Source of the DNA: Patescibacteria group bacterium
GTDB lineage: Bacteria > Patescibacteriota > Doudnabacteria > UBA920
Length of the DNA: 64,000 nucleotides
Direction: 5' to 3'
Assembly (NCBI GenBank): GCA_023484515.1
Contig: JAMDAY010000001.1
Coordinates: 758 to 64,757, forward strand
Shown: positions 48,054 through 57,788 of the stretch, one piece after another
Position numbering within the stretch: the first letter of the stretch is position 1
Layout: each line of letters begins with the position of its first letter
Position numbers and translations under genes: made by a program
Notes under the pieces: model-generated
The model's database searches: none
The model's input: only the letters and a program-made list of their open reading frames with translations
What the model was told of the DNA's origin: nothing

Positions 48054-49274
48054 ATGCCTTACATCAGCGAACTGCTAAATAACCAGATTAACGACAGTTC
48101 AGACGCAAGCGCAGGCAAGTTAGTGGATATTTTAATTAAACCCGAAAACGGGACATTCAGTCCCCTGGAGTTTTTAGTCATCAAAACGGCAAAAGGGGAA
48201 ATTAAATACGTGCCTTATGAAGCCGTGGCTAATTTTACGAGCAGCCGCATTTCTTTAAAGAACTTGTTTAATAGCGTGGCCAAGGACCAGCTGCCTCCCG
48301 AGCAGTTTATTTATTTAAAGCGCGACGTCTTAGACCAGCAGATAGTGGACGTGGCCGGAACCCGCATAGTCAGGGTGGACGACCTTAGGATTGGCAACTT
48401 TGAAAACCGCATGTGCGTATTGGCCATAGACTCCAGTTTTCCCGGACTGTTGCGGCGCCTGGGGTTGTCCGGCGACATTTGGGGAAAATTTTTCAAGGTA
48501 CAGCTTATTGACTGGCGCCAGGCCCAGCTATTGGGCGACAAGGGGGCTTTGCGGCTAAATACCGCAGCCGGACAATTGGGCAAGCTGCATCCGGCTGACC
48601 TGGCTAACATTGTGGAAGAGATGGATATAAAACACGGCAGCACCTTGTTGGCGTCTCTGGATGCCAAGAGGGCGGCCAAGGTGCTGGAAGAAGTGGACAC
48701 CAACTGGCAAAATATTTTGGTAAAGCATTTGGGGCCGGAAAAAGCCAGCAAGATTTTGGCGCATATGTCAGTGGACGAAGTCGTAGACCTGGTTAAGACT
48801 TTTTCTTCCCAGGAAGAAGCCAGGGCTTTCCTTTCCCAAGTTGGCGGCGGCCGCGCCCGGCACATTGAACGTTTAACCTCTTATCCCGACAACACTGCGG
48901 GAGGCTTGATGACTACGGAGTTCGTGGCCGTGCGGCCGGAATGGACGGTGGCACAGGTTAGGGAGGAAATTAAAAAGCTGTCGCCAAGCTTAAGGTCCAT
49001 AGGTTTCGTTTACGTAACGGCCGATGACGGTAAGTTTTTAGGGCTGGCTTCCATGCGCCGGCTCCTGGTAGCTGACGCCGCGGCTGACATGAAAAGTTTG
49101 GCTAAATCGTTCGGACCGAATTTGACGCTGCGCCCGCGGGACAAGATGAGGAAAATCATTAAGCTAATGACCAAGTATAATTTATACAGTTCAGTGGTTT
49201 TAGATGAACAAAAAAGGCTTTTAGGCGTGGTAACCATTGATGACGTCATGCGGCAGTTGTTCCCCAGCGCGTAA
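48054..49274 (+). CDS. PRC-barrel, MgtE N-terminal and CBS domain protein (no TM domain)
   Basis: LDQQIVD..G.RIVRV.D, LHPADLA, TAGGLMT, GVVTIDD. Confidence 0.88.
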   Translation: MPYISELLNNQINDSSDASAGKLVDILIKPENGTFSPLEFLVIKTAKGEIKYVPYEAVANFTSSRISLKNLFNSVAKDQLPPEQFIYLKRDVLDQQIVDVAGTRIVRVDDLRIGNFENRMCVLAIDSSFPGLLRRLGLSGDIWGKFFKVQLIDWRQAQLLGDKGALRLNTAAGQLGKLHPADLANIVEEMDIKHGSTLLASLDAKRAAKVLEEVDTNWQNILVKHLGPEKASKILAHMSVDEVVDLVKTFSSQEEARAFLSQVGGGRARHIERLTSYPDNTAGGLMTTEFVAVRPEWTVAQVREEIKKLSPSLRSIGFVYVTADDGKFLGLASMRRLLVADAAADMKSLAKSFGPNLTLRPRDKMRKIIKLMTKYNLYSSVVLDEQKRLLGVVTIDDVMRQLFPSA

Positions 49275-49336
49275 TATTAATCGCAGTTATGCATATGGAG
49301 CGGATAAACTGGCAAGCAAATAAGCTAATTAGTTTG

Positions 49337-49420
49337 CTATTGATCTCCGCAAAATCAGTTGAACAAATTTGGGCTTACTGATAACAAAAATTATTCAAGA
49401 TAATATGCGGGCCTTAATAG
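49337..49420 (+). repeat. H84 hairpin element
   Basis: 82/84 identical to 10070-10153. Confidence 0.88.
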
Positions 49421-49635
49421 TCCTTGGCGTGCCTTAATGGTTTTTATCAGAGACAATCTTTCTTTAGTTTAGGCTGGTGATAATTTTAATTGGATAATTT
49501 AAAAATCATTTATTTCAGATGGGGACCATTCACCGTAATCAACCGCTTATCTATACCAATCATTCCCATAAATAACAAGATTCCCAACACCTATTTGTAT
49601 ATTTGTTAAGATTTGTATATTTGCGGCTACTACAC

Positions 49636-50889
49636 ATGACCAAGTTTTGGAAAAATTACAAAACCCGCTTCCTGATTTTTTTTGCCGTTGTCGGTCCTGG
49701 CCTAATTACCGCGGTAGCGGACAATGATGCCGGCGGGGTAGCCACGTATACGGTGGCGGCGTCGCTTTACGGCATGGCTTCCCAGTATTTTGTAATTATC
49801 ACTACGCTGTTGCTAGCCGTTACCCAGGAAATTGGAGCGCGCATTGCCATTGTCACCGGCAAAGGTTTGGGAGATTTAATCCGCGAACAATACGGCGCCA
49901 GGATGGCTGTGGCCATTTTTCTAATATATTTTGTAGTCAATCAGGGCGTGGTACTTCAGAACGTTTCCGGGCTTAAAGCGGCCATCCAATTGTTCGGCTT
50001 GCCATGGCAAGCCACTTTGGTACTGGCTTGCCTGATATTGGTGACTTTGGTGGTTGCGCTAAGCTACCGCAGCCTGCAGCGTATTTTTCTATTTACCATC
50101 CTGTTTTACGCCACCTACGTTTTTTCCGCGGTTTTGGCGCATCCGAACTGGGGCGATGCCTTGCGCGAAAGCTTGGTTTTTCCCCGACATGTCCAAATAA
50201 GCAATCCCGGTTACTGGTTTGCCTTAATAGCGGTATTAGGCACTACGGTCACTGCCTGGGGGCAATTTTTCGTCAACAGTTACGTGGCGGACAAAGGTTT
50301 GCGCCTACAGCAGCTTAAGGAAGAACGCGCCGAAGTCTATATGGGAGCATTCCTAACCAACTTTTTTTCCTGGATGATAGCCGTAGCCGTCACTTACACG
50401 CTGTTTGTCCACCATATCACGGTCACTAACGGCCTGACCGCGGCTATGGCCATAAGGCCTTTGGCCGGCGCTTTGTCATATACCCTGTTTGCTGTGGGGC
50501 TTTTGGCCGCCTCTTTCCTGGGCCTGACCATAGTGCCGCTGGCCACGGCATACGTGTTCACGGAATTTTTCGGCTACGAGCGCACCTTAAATGCCAATTT
50601 TACCAAAGGCCGCACTTTTTACGTATTTTTTATTTTACAGATTGCCTTTGGCTTAGTGGTTACGCTTTTTCCCAAAGTCAACCTGTTCGGGATAACGCTT
50701 TACGCCGATTACCTAAACGGGGCCATGCTCCCCGTAATTTTTTATTTCTTAATTAGATTTTCCGAAAATAAAGCTATTATGGGGGAGAAACACGTCTCCC
50801 GCGGCTTTTCCAAATATTTCCTCCGCGCTTCCGCCCTCGCCGTCACCCTGGCCGTAATTATTTCATTCGTGGGGAAAGTAGTCCGTTAA
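49636..50889 (+). CDS. NRAMP-related divalent cation (probably Mg) transporter
   Basis: GPGLI..ADNDAGGVATY, GTT, about 11 TM; paired with the MgtE-N/CBS gene. Confidence 0.88.
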   Translation: MTKFWKNYKTRFLIFFAVVGPGLITAVADNDAGGVATYTVAASLYGMASQYFVIITTLLLAVTQEIGARIAIVTGKGLGDLIREQYGARMAVAIFLIYFVVNQGVVLQNVSGLKAAIQLFGLPWQATLVLACLILVTLVVALSYRSLQRIFLFTILFYATYVFSAVLAHPNWGDALRESLVFPRHVQISNPGYWFALIAVLGTTVTAWGQFFVNSYVADKGLRLQQLKEERAEVYMGAFLTNFFSWMIAVAVTYTLFVHHITVTNGLTAAMAIRPLAGALSYTLFAVGLLAASFLGLTIVPLATAYVFTEFFGYERTLNANFTKGRTFYVFFILQIAFGLVVTLFPKVNLFGITLYADYLNGAMLPVIFYFLIRFSENKAIMGEKHVSRGFSKYFLRASALAVTLAVIISFVGKVVR

Positions 50890-50898
50890 CAATATTTT

Positions 50899-51615
50899 AT
50901 GCTTAACGAGATAGAAAATATTTTAAAAAATATTCCTCCCGCTGACCGTGGATTGAACCGTGAGGTGGAAGGAAATTTCAGCCAGCTTTTCGATGGCCAT
51001 AAGGACAGTCTGGTTAGTTCGGCCATTTCAGCGGAAAAACGGGCATTGCATTGGGATGACGAAAACAGGAATCCGAAAATGCATGTAGGGTGCAGTATTT
51101 TAACTTTAGGCAAAAAAGCAGACTTGTCCAAACCCGATATTTACACGGGAGCGAATTCTAAACCGGAGCCCGGAGATATGGTTGCTTACCCCAACAGAAA
51201 ATGTGCGGAAATGAATGCCTTGGAAAATGCATTCGGGGAGGAATACGAAGGAAAAATAAAGCCCGAACCTTTTGAAGAAATGGAAAAAGAAGACGTGGGT
51301 GTTGTGGCTGCCATTGTTACGGTTTCTCCTTCAGAAAATACCGGCGAAACTGACACCATTAACCATAAAATAGTCTATTCATGCAAACAGTGCGTGTCCA
51401 GCTATAAAGTGTTAATGGAAAAAGGCATTTTGACTCCGAAAACCATAGTATATAATGCGCGAACAAAAGATGGAACAGTGGTGGCGGGAGAACCTGTGGA
51501 GTTGGGTATTTTGCTGGAAAAAAACAGCAAGGACGAAGAAGCAAAAAATGCAAAAACAATTGAAGATTTGTTTCAAACAATAAGTAAAATTAAAGCCTCT
51601 TTTTACAGGCAGTAG
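50899..51615 (+). CDS. Cytidine-deaminase-like protein (possibly frameshifted, continuing into 51654-51956)
   Basis: VGC, GAN, KCAE..AL, SCKQC. Confidence 0.6.
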   Translation: MLNEIENILKNIPPADRGLNREVEGNFSQLFDGHKDSLVSSAISAEKRALHWDDENRNPKMHVGCSILTLGKKADLSKPDIYTGANSKPEPGDMVAYPNRKCAEMNALENAFGEEYEGKIKPEPFEEMEKEDVGVVAAIVTVSPSENTGETDTINHKIVYSCKQCVSSYKVLMEKGILTPKTIVYNARTKDGTVVAGEPVELGILLEKNSKDEEAKNAKTIEDLFQTISKIKASFYRQ

Positions 51616-51653
51616 CCAATATTTACAAGGATATAGGGGAACAGGTAAAAAAA

Positions 51654-51956
51654 GTGCAAAGTAGGCATGGTTCAAATGGTTCGAAAATAGAGAGTTTAAT
51701 ATCCGAAAAGTTAAAAGATTTGCAGAGGGAAAAGGTGGAAGGGGCTTGGGAGGGATTTGAACCCTACTTAAAAACTATTAGTAATGCTGTTAAGTCGGCG
51801 GTAGAAGAAGGGGTGTCCAAACGGAAAGTGATTGACAGTTTGGGACTAAACGACATTGGCTTAGAACAAGGAACAGTCGGGTTAAGTAAGGCGGAGTTGG
51901 ATTTGATTATTGAGGAATTAGGGAAATCTTGGATAAGAGAATCCGCTAAATCTTGA
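51654..51956 (+). CDS. Hypothetical helical protein or C-terminal part of the upstream gene
   Basis: Its frame is open from 51594, overlapping the end of the upstream ORF. Confidence 0.5.
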   Translation: MQSRHGSNGSKIESLISEKLKDLQREKVEGAWEGFEPYLKTISNAVKSAVEEGVSKRKVIDSLGLNDIGLEQGTVGLSKAELDLIIEELGKSWIRESAKS

Positions 51957-51998
51957 ACCTTCTATAAACAATCATGATTGTTTATAGAAGGTTCAAGA
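51951..51998. repeat. 48-bp perfect palindrome
   Basis: tcttgaaccttctataaacaatca|tgattgtttatagaaggttcaaga. Confidence 0.95.
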
Positions 51999-52129
51999 CC
52001 GGCAGTAAAAACAGTGCGGGATAACGTCGCCTCTAATTTAAATTCATGTGTTTTAGCTATCAGTTTTTAATCTTCGCCTCGCTTAAATTGAGAAGCGTCT
52101 GCTGTCGAAAACTTTTTTTAAATAGGTTA

Positions 52130-52169
52130 TTGTAGCAATTTTATAACATATGTTATAAAATTGCTACAA
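52130..52169. repeat. 40-bp perfect palindrome
   Basis: ttgtagcaattttataacat|atgttataaaattgctacaa. Confidence 0.95.
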
Positions 52170-52212
52170 ATTTTTAATCTATAAATGTGAATTTTTTGGT
52201 AAGGATATTTAA

Positions 52213-52872
52213 TTATAATTTAAAAAATTTTTTAAGCTTTTTTTCGTCGTCTGTATCCAACCTGTTTATTTCCATTACAGTAACAAAGCGTCCGATATGA
52301 AAATGATTCGCCGTAAATTCTATTTGTTCTGCCGGGTTATAGGAGTATATCCATAAAGTTTTCTGGAGAGGATAAAATCCCATCTGCTTGATTTTCCGCC
52401 TAAAGTAATCTGCATAAAGGCGATACTCTTTGGTGGGAATGTCGGCAGCCACCAGCCACCATCTGCCGTTCCATTTTTTCTGCATAGGAATCTTTAACGA
52501 TTGAAAACTGATTTTTTCCAAATTTTTCCTTCCTTTTCCGGTTAATAAGATTTTAAGACTGGTTTGTTCCGGCTTAATGGTTATCTGCCCGGTTTTTTTC
52601 AGGTAGTAAAAAACTTGGGTTATTTTTTTCTGCTTTTCCTTATGATTCCAGCGCTGTTTGTTGTTTGTAAACTTTCCCAATTTGTCCAAAGCGGTAAGAA
52701 GATTGGGGGCCGCAACGGCAATCGTTGCCACGCTTAAAGTACCAATAATCGCCAGTGCGATTTGACCCGCCGACTTCAAATGTTCAATATCTTTATTGGT
52801 CAAGTTTATTTTAACCAGCCTATTGTCTGGGGTGGCGTTTTTGATGTCTTTGGCCAGTTTTTCGTATCGCAT
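52213..52872 (-). CDS. PaaX-like wHTH plus Cas2-like domain protein
   Basis: LTGKG, WNGRWWLVAADIP, GFYPLQKTLWI, LKKFFKL. Confidence 0.8.
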   Translation of the reverse strand: MRYEKLAKDIKNATPDNRLVKINLTNKDIEHLKSAGQIALAIIGTLSVATIAVAAPNLLTALDKLGKFTNNKQRWNHKEKQKKITQVFYYLKKTGQITIKPEQTSLKILLTGKGRKNLEKISFQSLKIPMQKKWNGRWWLVAADIPTKEYRLYADYFRRKIKQMGFYPLQKTLWIYSYNPAEQIEFTANHFHIGRFVTVMEINRLDTDDEKKLKKFFKL

Positions 52873-52962
52873 AATTCCATTTTATAGCAAAGTAAATTTG
52901 TGTCAAATTTGTAACAATTGTGTTAAAAATGACGTTTAATTTTGAAAATTGTATATATAGGC

Positions 52963-53748
52963 TTATTTCCACACCGCAATCGCCACTTTTTGGTTTTGGT
53001 CCACGGTTTGCTTGGACTGGTCCCAGTCGGCCGCAGCGCTTTTTATGGTATTAAAAGAATATAAATAACTTTGTCCACGTTTGGTGCCGGGGTCGTTAGT
53101 AATAAAATAACCGCCGTTAAAGCCTCTTATTACCAGCATGTGATGTATGGGTCCTGGTTGTTTGTAATAAGGGTTGCCAAGTTTTTGTCCGTTTTCGGAA
53201 ATTATTACCAGATGATTTTGTGCCAGTTCGTTTTTTAAATCCGTTTCCGAAAAATTATTAAGCAGTTTGGCCTTTAGGCCGTAAACCCGTTCTATCATTT
53301 TGGCGGTTTCCGTCGCCGTGGTATCCAAATAATGTCCATAATTATCCTTTTCCCATTTGGTCAAATCGGCAATTTGGCTTTCTACAAACTGCGGATCAAG
53401 CTGCGGTTTTTTATTGCCAGAGAAATACTCTTCCGCCATTATGGCGGAGGCTTCTTCACACGACTCGTTATGCAGTTCGTCCCAGTTTCCGGTCGGCGCC
53501 TGGACGGTAAAAGGCACTTGTAAATTTAAATAAACCGGAGCAGAAGTATTGCTATTGGCCTGGCTAGAGGTTTGATTGTCATTTTCCGCCGACTCAGACG
53601 GCAAAAGATTGTTGTCTCGCGGTTGGCGGGCAAAGCTTGGAATATCGGCAGTGTCATCCACGCGGTAGTGCCGGTATATCCAATACACTCCCGATTCCGC
53701 AATTAGCGCAAAAGCCAGTAAATAAATTGCCAGTCTTTTAAAGTTCAT
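52963..53748 (-). CDS. Membrane-anchored peptidase C39-like protein
   Basis: VPFTVQAP.GNW...SCEEAS, LGNPYY, HMLVIRG, ITNDPG. Confidence 0.85.
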   Translation of the reverse strand: MNFKRLAIYLLAFALIAESGVYWIYRHYRVDDTADIPSFARQPRDNNLLPSESAENDNQTSSQANSNTSAPVYLNLQVPFTVQAPTGNWDELHNESCEEASAIMAEEYFSGNKKPQLDPQFVESQIADLTKWEKDNYGHYLDTTATETAKMIERVYGLKAKLLNNFSETDLKNELAQNHLVIISENGQKLGNPYYKQPGPIHHMLVIRGFNGGYFITNDPGTKRGQSYLYSFNTIKSAAADWDQSKQTVDQNQKVAIAVWK

Positions 53749-53794
53749 AAAATTGCCGGGAAGATCATATTCGGCCTGGCCAAAGGAGTCCTTT

Positions 53795-53904
53795 GAAAAC
53801 ATGAGGGCCGCCCTCTGGGATAGCCGGGCTTAAGATTATTATGCAACAAACTATCATCGCCAATCTTAAGGTAGGTGATCCCAGAGGGCGGCCCTCATGT
53901 TTTC
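53795..53904 (+). repeat. H95 hairpin element, copy A (27-bp perfect arms)
   Basis: gaaaacatgagggccgccctctgggat/atcccagagggcggccctcatgttttc. Confidence 0.85.
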
Positions 53905-53908
53905 CTGT

Positions 53909-54592
53909 TTAAATAATATCTTCCCGTTTGATTAATATATAATGTCCGGAAGCAAGGTTCCCGGGCAATTTAAATTTATTGACGCGGAGCCGCTTTAAGT
54001 TCTTAATGCTTAAGCCGACTGCATCAAACATCCTCCTAATTTGGCGCTTTTTTCCCTCGCGGATGGTAATATGAATATTGCCGTTTTTTGTTTTGACAGT
54101 GGCGGGAGCGGTCAGTCCCGTGGCAATAACCACGCCCTCGCGCAATTTTTCCAGTTGCGTTTCGGCGGGAATTTCCCGAACCGCCACTTCGTATTCTTTT
54201 TCGTGTTCAAATTTGGGGTGCGCCAAGGTTTGGGTTAAATCGCCGTCGTTAGTCATCAATAACAGCCCTTCTGTTTCAAAATCCAGCCTGCCAATGTTCC
54301 AAACTTTGTTCCTTAATTCTTCGGGCAGCAGGCTGAAAACTGTTTTGCGGCCGCGCGGGTCTTTTTTGCTGACCACGTAACCCTTGGGTTTGTTTAAGGC
54401 AATGTAGATTTTTTGCGGGATCGGCTTTACCACTTTCCCGTAAACTTTAACCGTGTCTTTTTCCGGATCTACCTTGTCTCCCAGTTTGGCCTTTTTGCCA
54501 TTAATAAAAACCTGGCCCGATTTAATGAATTCTTCGGCTTTGCGCCTGCTGGCATAACCGGCAGAACTTAAGAATTTCTGGACGCGTTCCAT
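53909..54592 (-). CDS. S4-domain pseudouridine synthase (RluB/RsuA family)
   Basis: SRRKAE, LNKPKG, GRLD, GLLLMTNDG, EG..RQIRRM. Confidence 0.93.
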   Translation of the reverse strand: MERVQKFLSSAGYASRRKAEEFIKSGQVFINGKKAKLGDKVDPEKDTVKVYGKVVKPIPQKIYIALNKPKGYVVSKKDPRGRKTVFSLLPEELRNKVWNIGRLDFETEGLLLMTNDGDLTQTLAHPKFEHEKEYEVAVREIPAETQLEKLREGVVIATGLTAPATVKTKNGNIHITIREGKKRQIRRMFDAVGLSIKNLKRLRVNKFKLPGNLASGHYILIKREDII

Positions 54593-54611
54593 ATAGTTGA
54601 GATAGCTTGAA

Positions 54612-55340
54612 TTATTGTTTGATAACGGTTATATAAGTCCCGCTGACCCAGCCTGTTTGGCCGTTGGGCAAGGCAATCTGATACCAGTCGTATTTGGAGT
54701 CAGTATACGCATATTGCTCGCCGGGATGGGCCTGGGCAACAACTTTGCCTGAAGTTGCGGGTTCGCTCCGGACATTCAAATAACCGGTAGAAGTATTATT
54801 TATTTTCAACTGCGGCCCGGCTGGTACAGCCGGAGGAGTGGCGGTTGCCGTAGAGCCGGAAGGATTCAAAATTCCGGAAGGGGTTCCGGAAGCTGCCGGA
54901 TTTCCGTCACTGCTAATTGGAGTATTGTCCGGCGGATCAGCGGCAAGGCCGTTATCTGCGGGATTGTAATTATCACCAAACCCGCTTGCCCCTTCAAGGG
55001 CAGCGGTTGTCCCTTGTGCGTTTTCTTTTGGCCAATACTTCAAATACGCTTGGTAGCCGCCGTAACCCAGTCCCCCTAAAATAATAATCCAAATAAAAAA
55101 GTTCCTTATGGGATGGGGTTTCCGGCGCGCCCTTTTTGCCACGGAAGGCAGAATTAGGCGCGAGTCTTGCGGCTCCTCGTATCCGGAATTTTTATTGGAA
55201 GACTTTACCGTCAGGGTTTCCTTGGTACTCATAGGCGCGTTAATGCCTTCCACAGTCGGTTTTACCCGGCGTTGCGGCTTAGGGGGGGGCTGGATTTTTT
55301 CGGTGTCTTGATTGGTGTTGGGGTTGTTGTTTGGTTCCAT
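54612..55340 (-). CDS. Single-TM protein with C-terminal bacterial SH3 domain
   Basis: GYLNVRSEP...WYQI...GWVS..Y. Confidence 0.85.
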   Translation of the reverse strand: MEPNNNPNTNQDTEKIQPPPKPQRRVKPTVEGINAPMSTKETLTVKSSNKNSGYEEPQDSRLILPSVAKRARRKPHPIRNFFIWIIILGGLGYGGYQAYLKYWPKENAQGTTAALEGASGFGDNYNPADNGLAADPPDNTPISSDGNPAASGTPSGILNPSGSTATATPPAVPAGPQLKINNTSTGYLNVRSEPATSGKVVAQAHPGEQYAYTDSKYDWYQIALPNGQTGWVSGTYITVIKQ

Positions 55341-55446
55341 AATCTGCGGAGTTAATAGTAATAATGACTTATTTTATTAATGGCAGTTGGCAATAATGAT
55401 TGATGTCTATACTGGCGGTAGTTTGTGAGTTATGAAGGCAGGTTTT

Positions 55447-55541
55447 GAGGGGCATCTTCTGGGATAAACAGACTTATAGATTATTAGTCCACTAACATCA
55501 TCTTACAATCTTTATATAGATAGTCCCACAGGATGCCCCTC
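55447..55541 (+). repeat. H95 hairpin element, copy B
   Basis: gaggggcatc..ggga-59-tccc..gatgcccctc with attattag and atcatc. Confidence 0.8.
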
Positions 55542-55555
55542 TAATCCTTTAATCG

Positions 55556-56893
55556 CTACTGGTTCAATTGGTCAATGTCGTTTTGATATTTTTCCGCCTG
55601 GGCAACAACACTGTCGCCGTAAAACCGGTATTTAACGTTAGTTGATCCGGAAAAATACCTCATGGCAGCGGCCCATTCGCCGTCCACTGTGCCGGCGCCG
55701 TCAGCCTTAAGTTTAATGGCCGAGGCGACAAAAGCGTCGCGGATGTCCCACGGGTTGGCCATTTTGCCGGTAATAGCGGAAACTTGGTCTTTGTAGCCCA
55801 TCCAGGTGGAAGGTATAAACTGGGCCGGGCCCATGGCCCCGCCCCAGCCTACCTGGTTGCCCTTGCTGTCATGCATGGGGCAGGACACGGGCGTGGTATT
55901 CGGGTCCAGGCCCAAGTCGGAAGTAATTTGTAAAAACGGCCTTATGTCGCGGTCGGGTTTCATAATTACCGTAAAGCTCTTTTCCGGCGGGTCGCCCGCG
56001 CGGTTGCAGGTGCCGACATTTTTCCCCAGGTTGGATTCCTGCGTTAAAATGGCGAGGAGAAAAGCCGCGCGCACCCCGGTCTGCTGGGAAGCCCATTGCG
56101 CAATTTCCACTGCCTGGCCAAAAGTAATCTGCGAAGACACCCCCATTAGCTGGTATAAGCGGTTGCGTATTTCCGCCGCCCTCTTTTGCGTATCGCTCAA
56201 GGTAATTTGGTAATCGCTTTCTTTTCCTTTGGTTTGTTGTAATAAGGTATTCTGTTCGCTGACTGAATCCGCCAATTGCTGCTGTTGGAGGTTTTGGATT
56301 GAGAGCAGGTTCCTGCTTTCGTCCTGCTGTTCGGACAAGTCTTCTTTTTGCGCGGCCAATTGGTTTTTGGTTTGCAATGCCTGGCTTAGGAGTGACCGCA
56401 AGTTGCCGGAAATTTTAGCGTAATTCTGTATTTGGTCCAAAGCACCGGATAAATTACCTTCGGCCACTACCGCGTATAAAAAAGGGTAACTGTCTTGTTC
56501 ATGTATGGACCGGATTAGTTCCGCCATTTGGCTTTGCAGCAGCAGGGCCTTGGCCGTATTTTGGTCAATTCCCGTTTGCGTGTCCGTTATTTGGGAGTCC
56601 AAGTCCGCAATCTGCAAATTTATGGCCCGAATCTGCAGGTTAATGGTAGTCTGTTGTTTTTTTAACTGGTTAATTTTATTTTGCAGGGTATTTTTTTCCC
56701 CCTGGATATTTTTAAGTTCCCGCTGGAATTGCGCTATTTGGCTTTCAATTTCCGAGAGCTGCTGCTGGAGCTGCGCCTTTTCGTCTTGTGCAATGTTTTG
56801 CGCCGGCGCGGTTTGGGCTTTTACTGCGGAAACGGCCATTCCCGCGGCAATAATAGACAGGATAAAAATTTTTATTGTCCGTTTTTTTCCCAT
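55556..56893 (-). CDS. Secreted coiled-coil lytic murein transglycosylase
   Basis: QESNLG, GGAMGPAQFIPSTW, PW...DA. Confidence 0.85.
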   Translation of the reverse strand: MGKKRTIKIFILSIIAAGMAVSAVKAQTAPAQNIAQDEKAQLQQQLSEIESQIAQFQRELKNIQGEKNTLQNKINQLKKQQTTINLQIRAINLQIADLDSQITDTQTGIDQNTAKALLLQSQMAELIRSIHEQDSYPFLYAVVAEGNLSGALDQIQNYAKISGNLRSLLSQALQTKNQLAAQKEDLSEQQDESRNLLSIQNLQQQQLADSVSEQNTLLQQTKGKESDYQITLSDTQKRAAEIRNRLYQLMGVSSQITFGQAVEIAQWASQQTGVRAAFLLAILTQESNLGKNVGTCNRAGDPPEKSFTVIMKPDRDIRPFLQITSDLGLDPNTTPVSCPMHDSKGNQVGWGGAMGPAQFIPSTWMGYKDQVSAITGKMANPWDIRDAFVASAIKLKADGAGTVDGEWAAAMRYFSGSTNVKYRFYGDSVVAQAEKYQNDIDQLNQ

Positions 56894-56999
56894 GTTTGAA
56901 TTATAGCAAAAAATTGGGAATAAATCTTGGCAATTAAAAAACAGGGATTCCAGCCCTGTAGATGCGTAAAAAAAATAAAATAATCTTCCTGAAGTATTC

Positions 57000-57076
57000 T
57001 GGTGCGCCCGGCAGGAGTCGAACCTGCGACCTAGAGATTAGAAGTCTCTCGCTCTATCCAACTGAGCTACGGGCGC
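57000..57076 (-). tRNA. tRNA-Arg(TCT)
   Basis: Full cloverleaf, loop CTTCTAA, CCA. Confidence 0.95.
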
Positions 57077-57190
57077 GTAATTTTGTGCCGCGGGCAGGCC
57101 ATTAACCAACCGTAAAGCCCGTATAGTTGGTCCTAGAAAAGATCATGGCTGCGCCATGAATCGGAGCGAGCGGAGCGAGCGACTGGTTCA

Positions 57191-57267
57191 TGGTGATCCC
57201 GGCAGGAGTCGAACCTGCGACCTCAAGCTCCGCAAGCTTGCGCTCTATCCAACTGAGCTACGGGACC
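57191..57267 (-). tRNA. tRNA-Arg(GCG)
   Basis: CAAGC-TTGCGGA-GCTTG, CCA. Confidence 0.95.
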
Positions 57268-57539
57268 ACATTTGATAACCTACGGTTAAGGCATTGCGGA
57301 TTTGTTGCCTTAACAATTTTATGCTTTAAGGAACAGCACGAAAATAATTATCTGATTATTTTTAATACAATACCATAAAACGTTTTATTTTTCAAGTTTA
57401 ACTTGACATAATTTTAAAAAAGTATTACATCATAATTAGAAGCGTAAAGGACAACAGCAAATAGCCGTCTTATTAGCTGCGCCAGATACTTTTACCAACC
57501 AAGCGGATTTTATCCGCAAAACGAGAGGGGGTGGTAAAT

Positions 57540-57716
57540 ATGCAAACATTTTATATGTACCTGTGCGACGGGTGCGGTTTTAGCCGTGAAAAACCGGGTA
57601 TTTGCCCGTTTTGCGAAACGCCTTTAACCGAGTATGCCAAGGAGTCGCAGGCCGAATACCAGGTGGATATGGAAGAAGCCATGCGCGCCATGAGCCCATA
57701 TAAATGGTACCTTTAA
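57540..57716 (+). CDS. Small rubredoxin/zinc-ribbon protein
   Basis: CDGCG...CPFC; G-rich SD. Confidence 0.65.
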   Translation: MQTFYMYLCDGCGFSREKPGICPFCETPLTEYAKESQAEYQVDMEEAMRAMSPYKWYL

Positions 57717-57788
57717 GAACTAATCAAGTTAATTTCATGAAAGGCAATATATGAAAGCCCGCGTAACAAAAGACGCGGGCTTTTAAAT

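Noticed and set aside
52213-52872. CRISPR-Cas locus suggested by the Cas2-like domain
   Set aside because: No repeat-spacer array and no other cas gene in the window.
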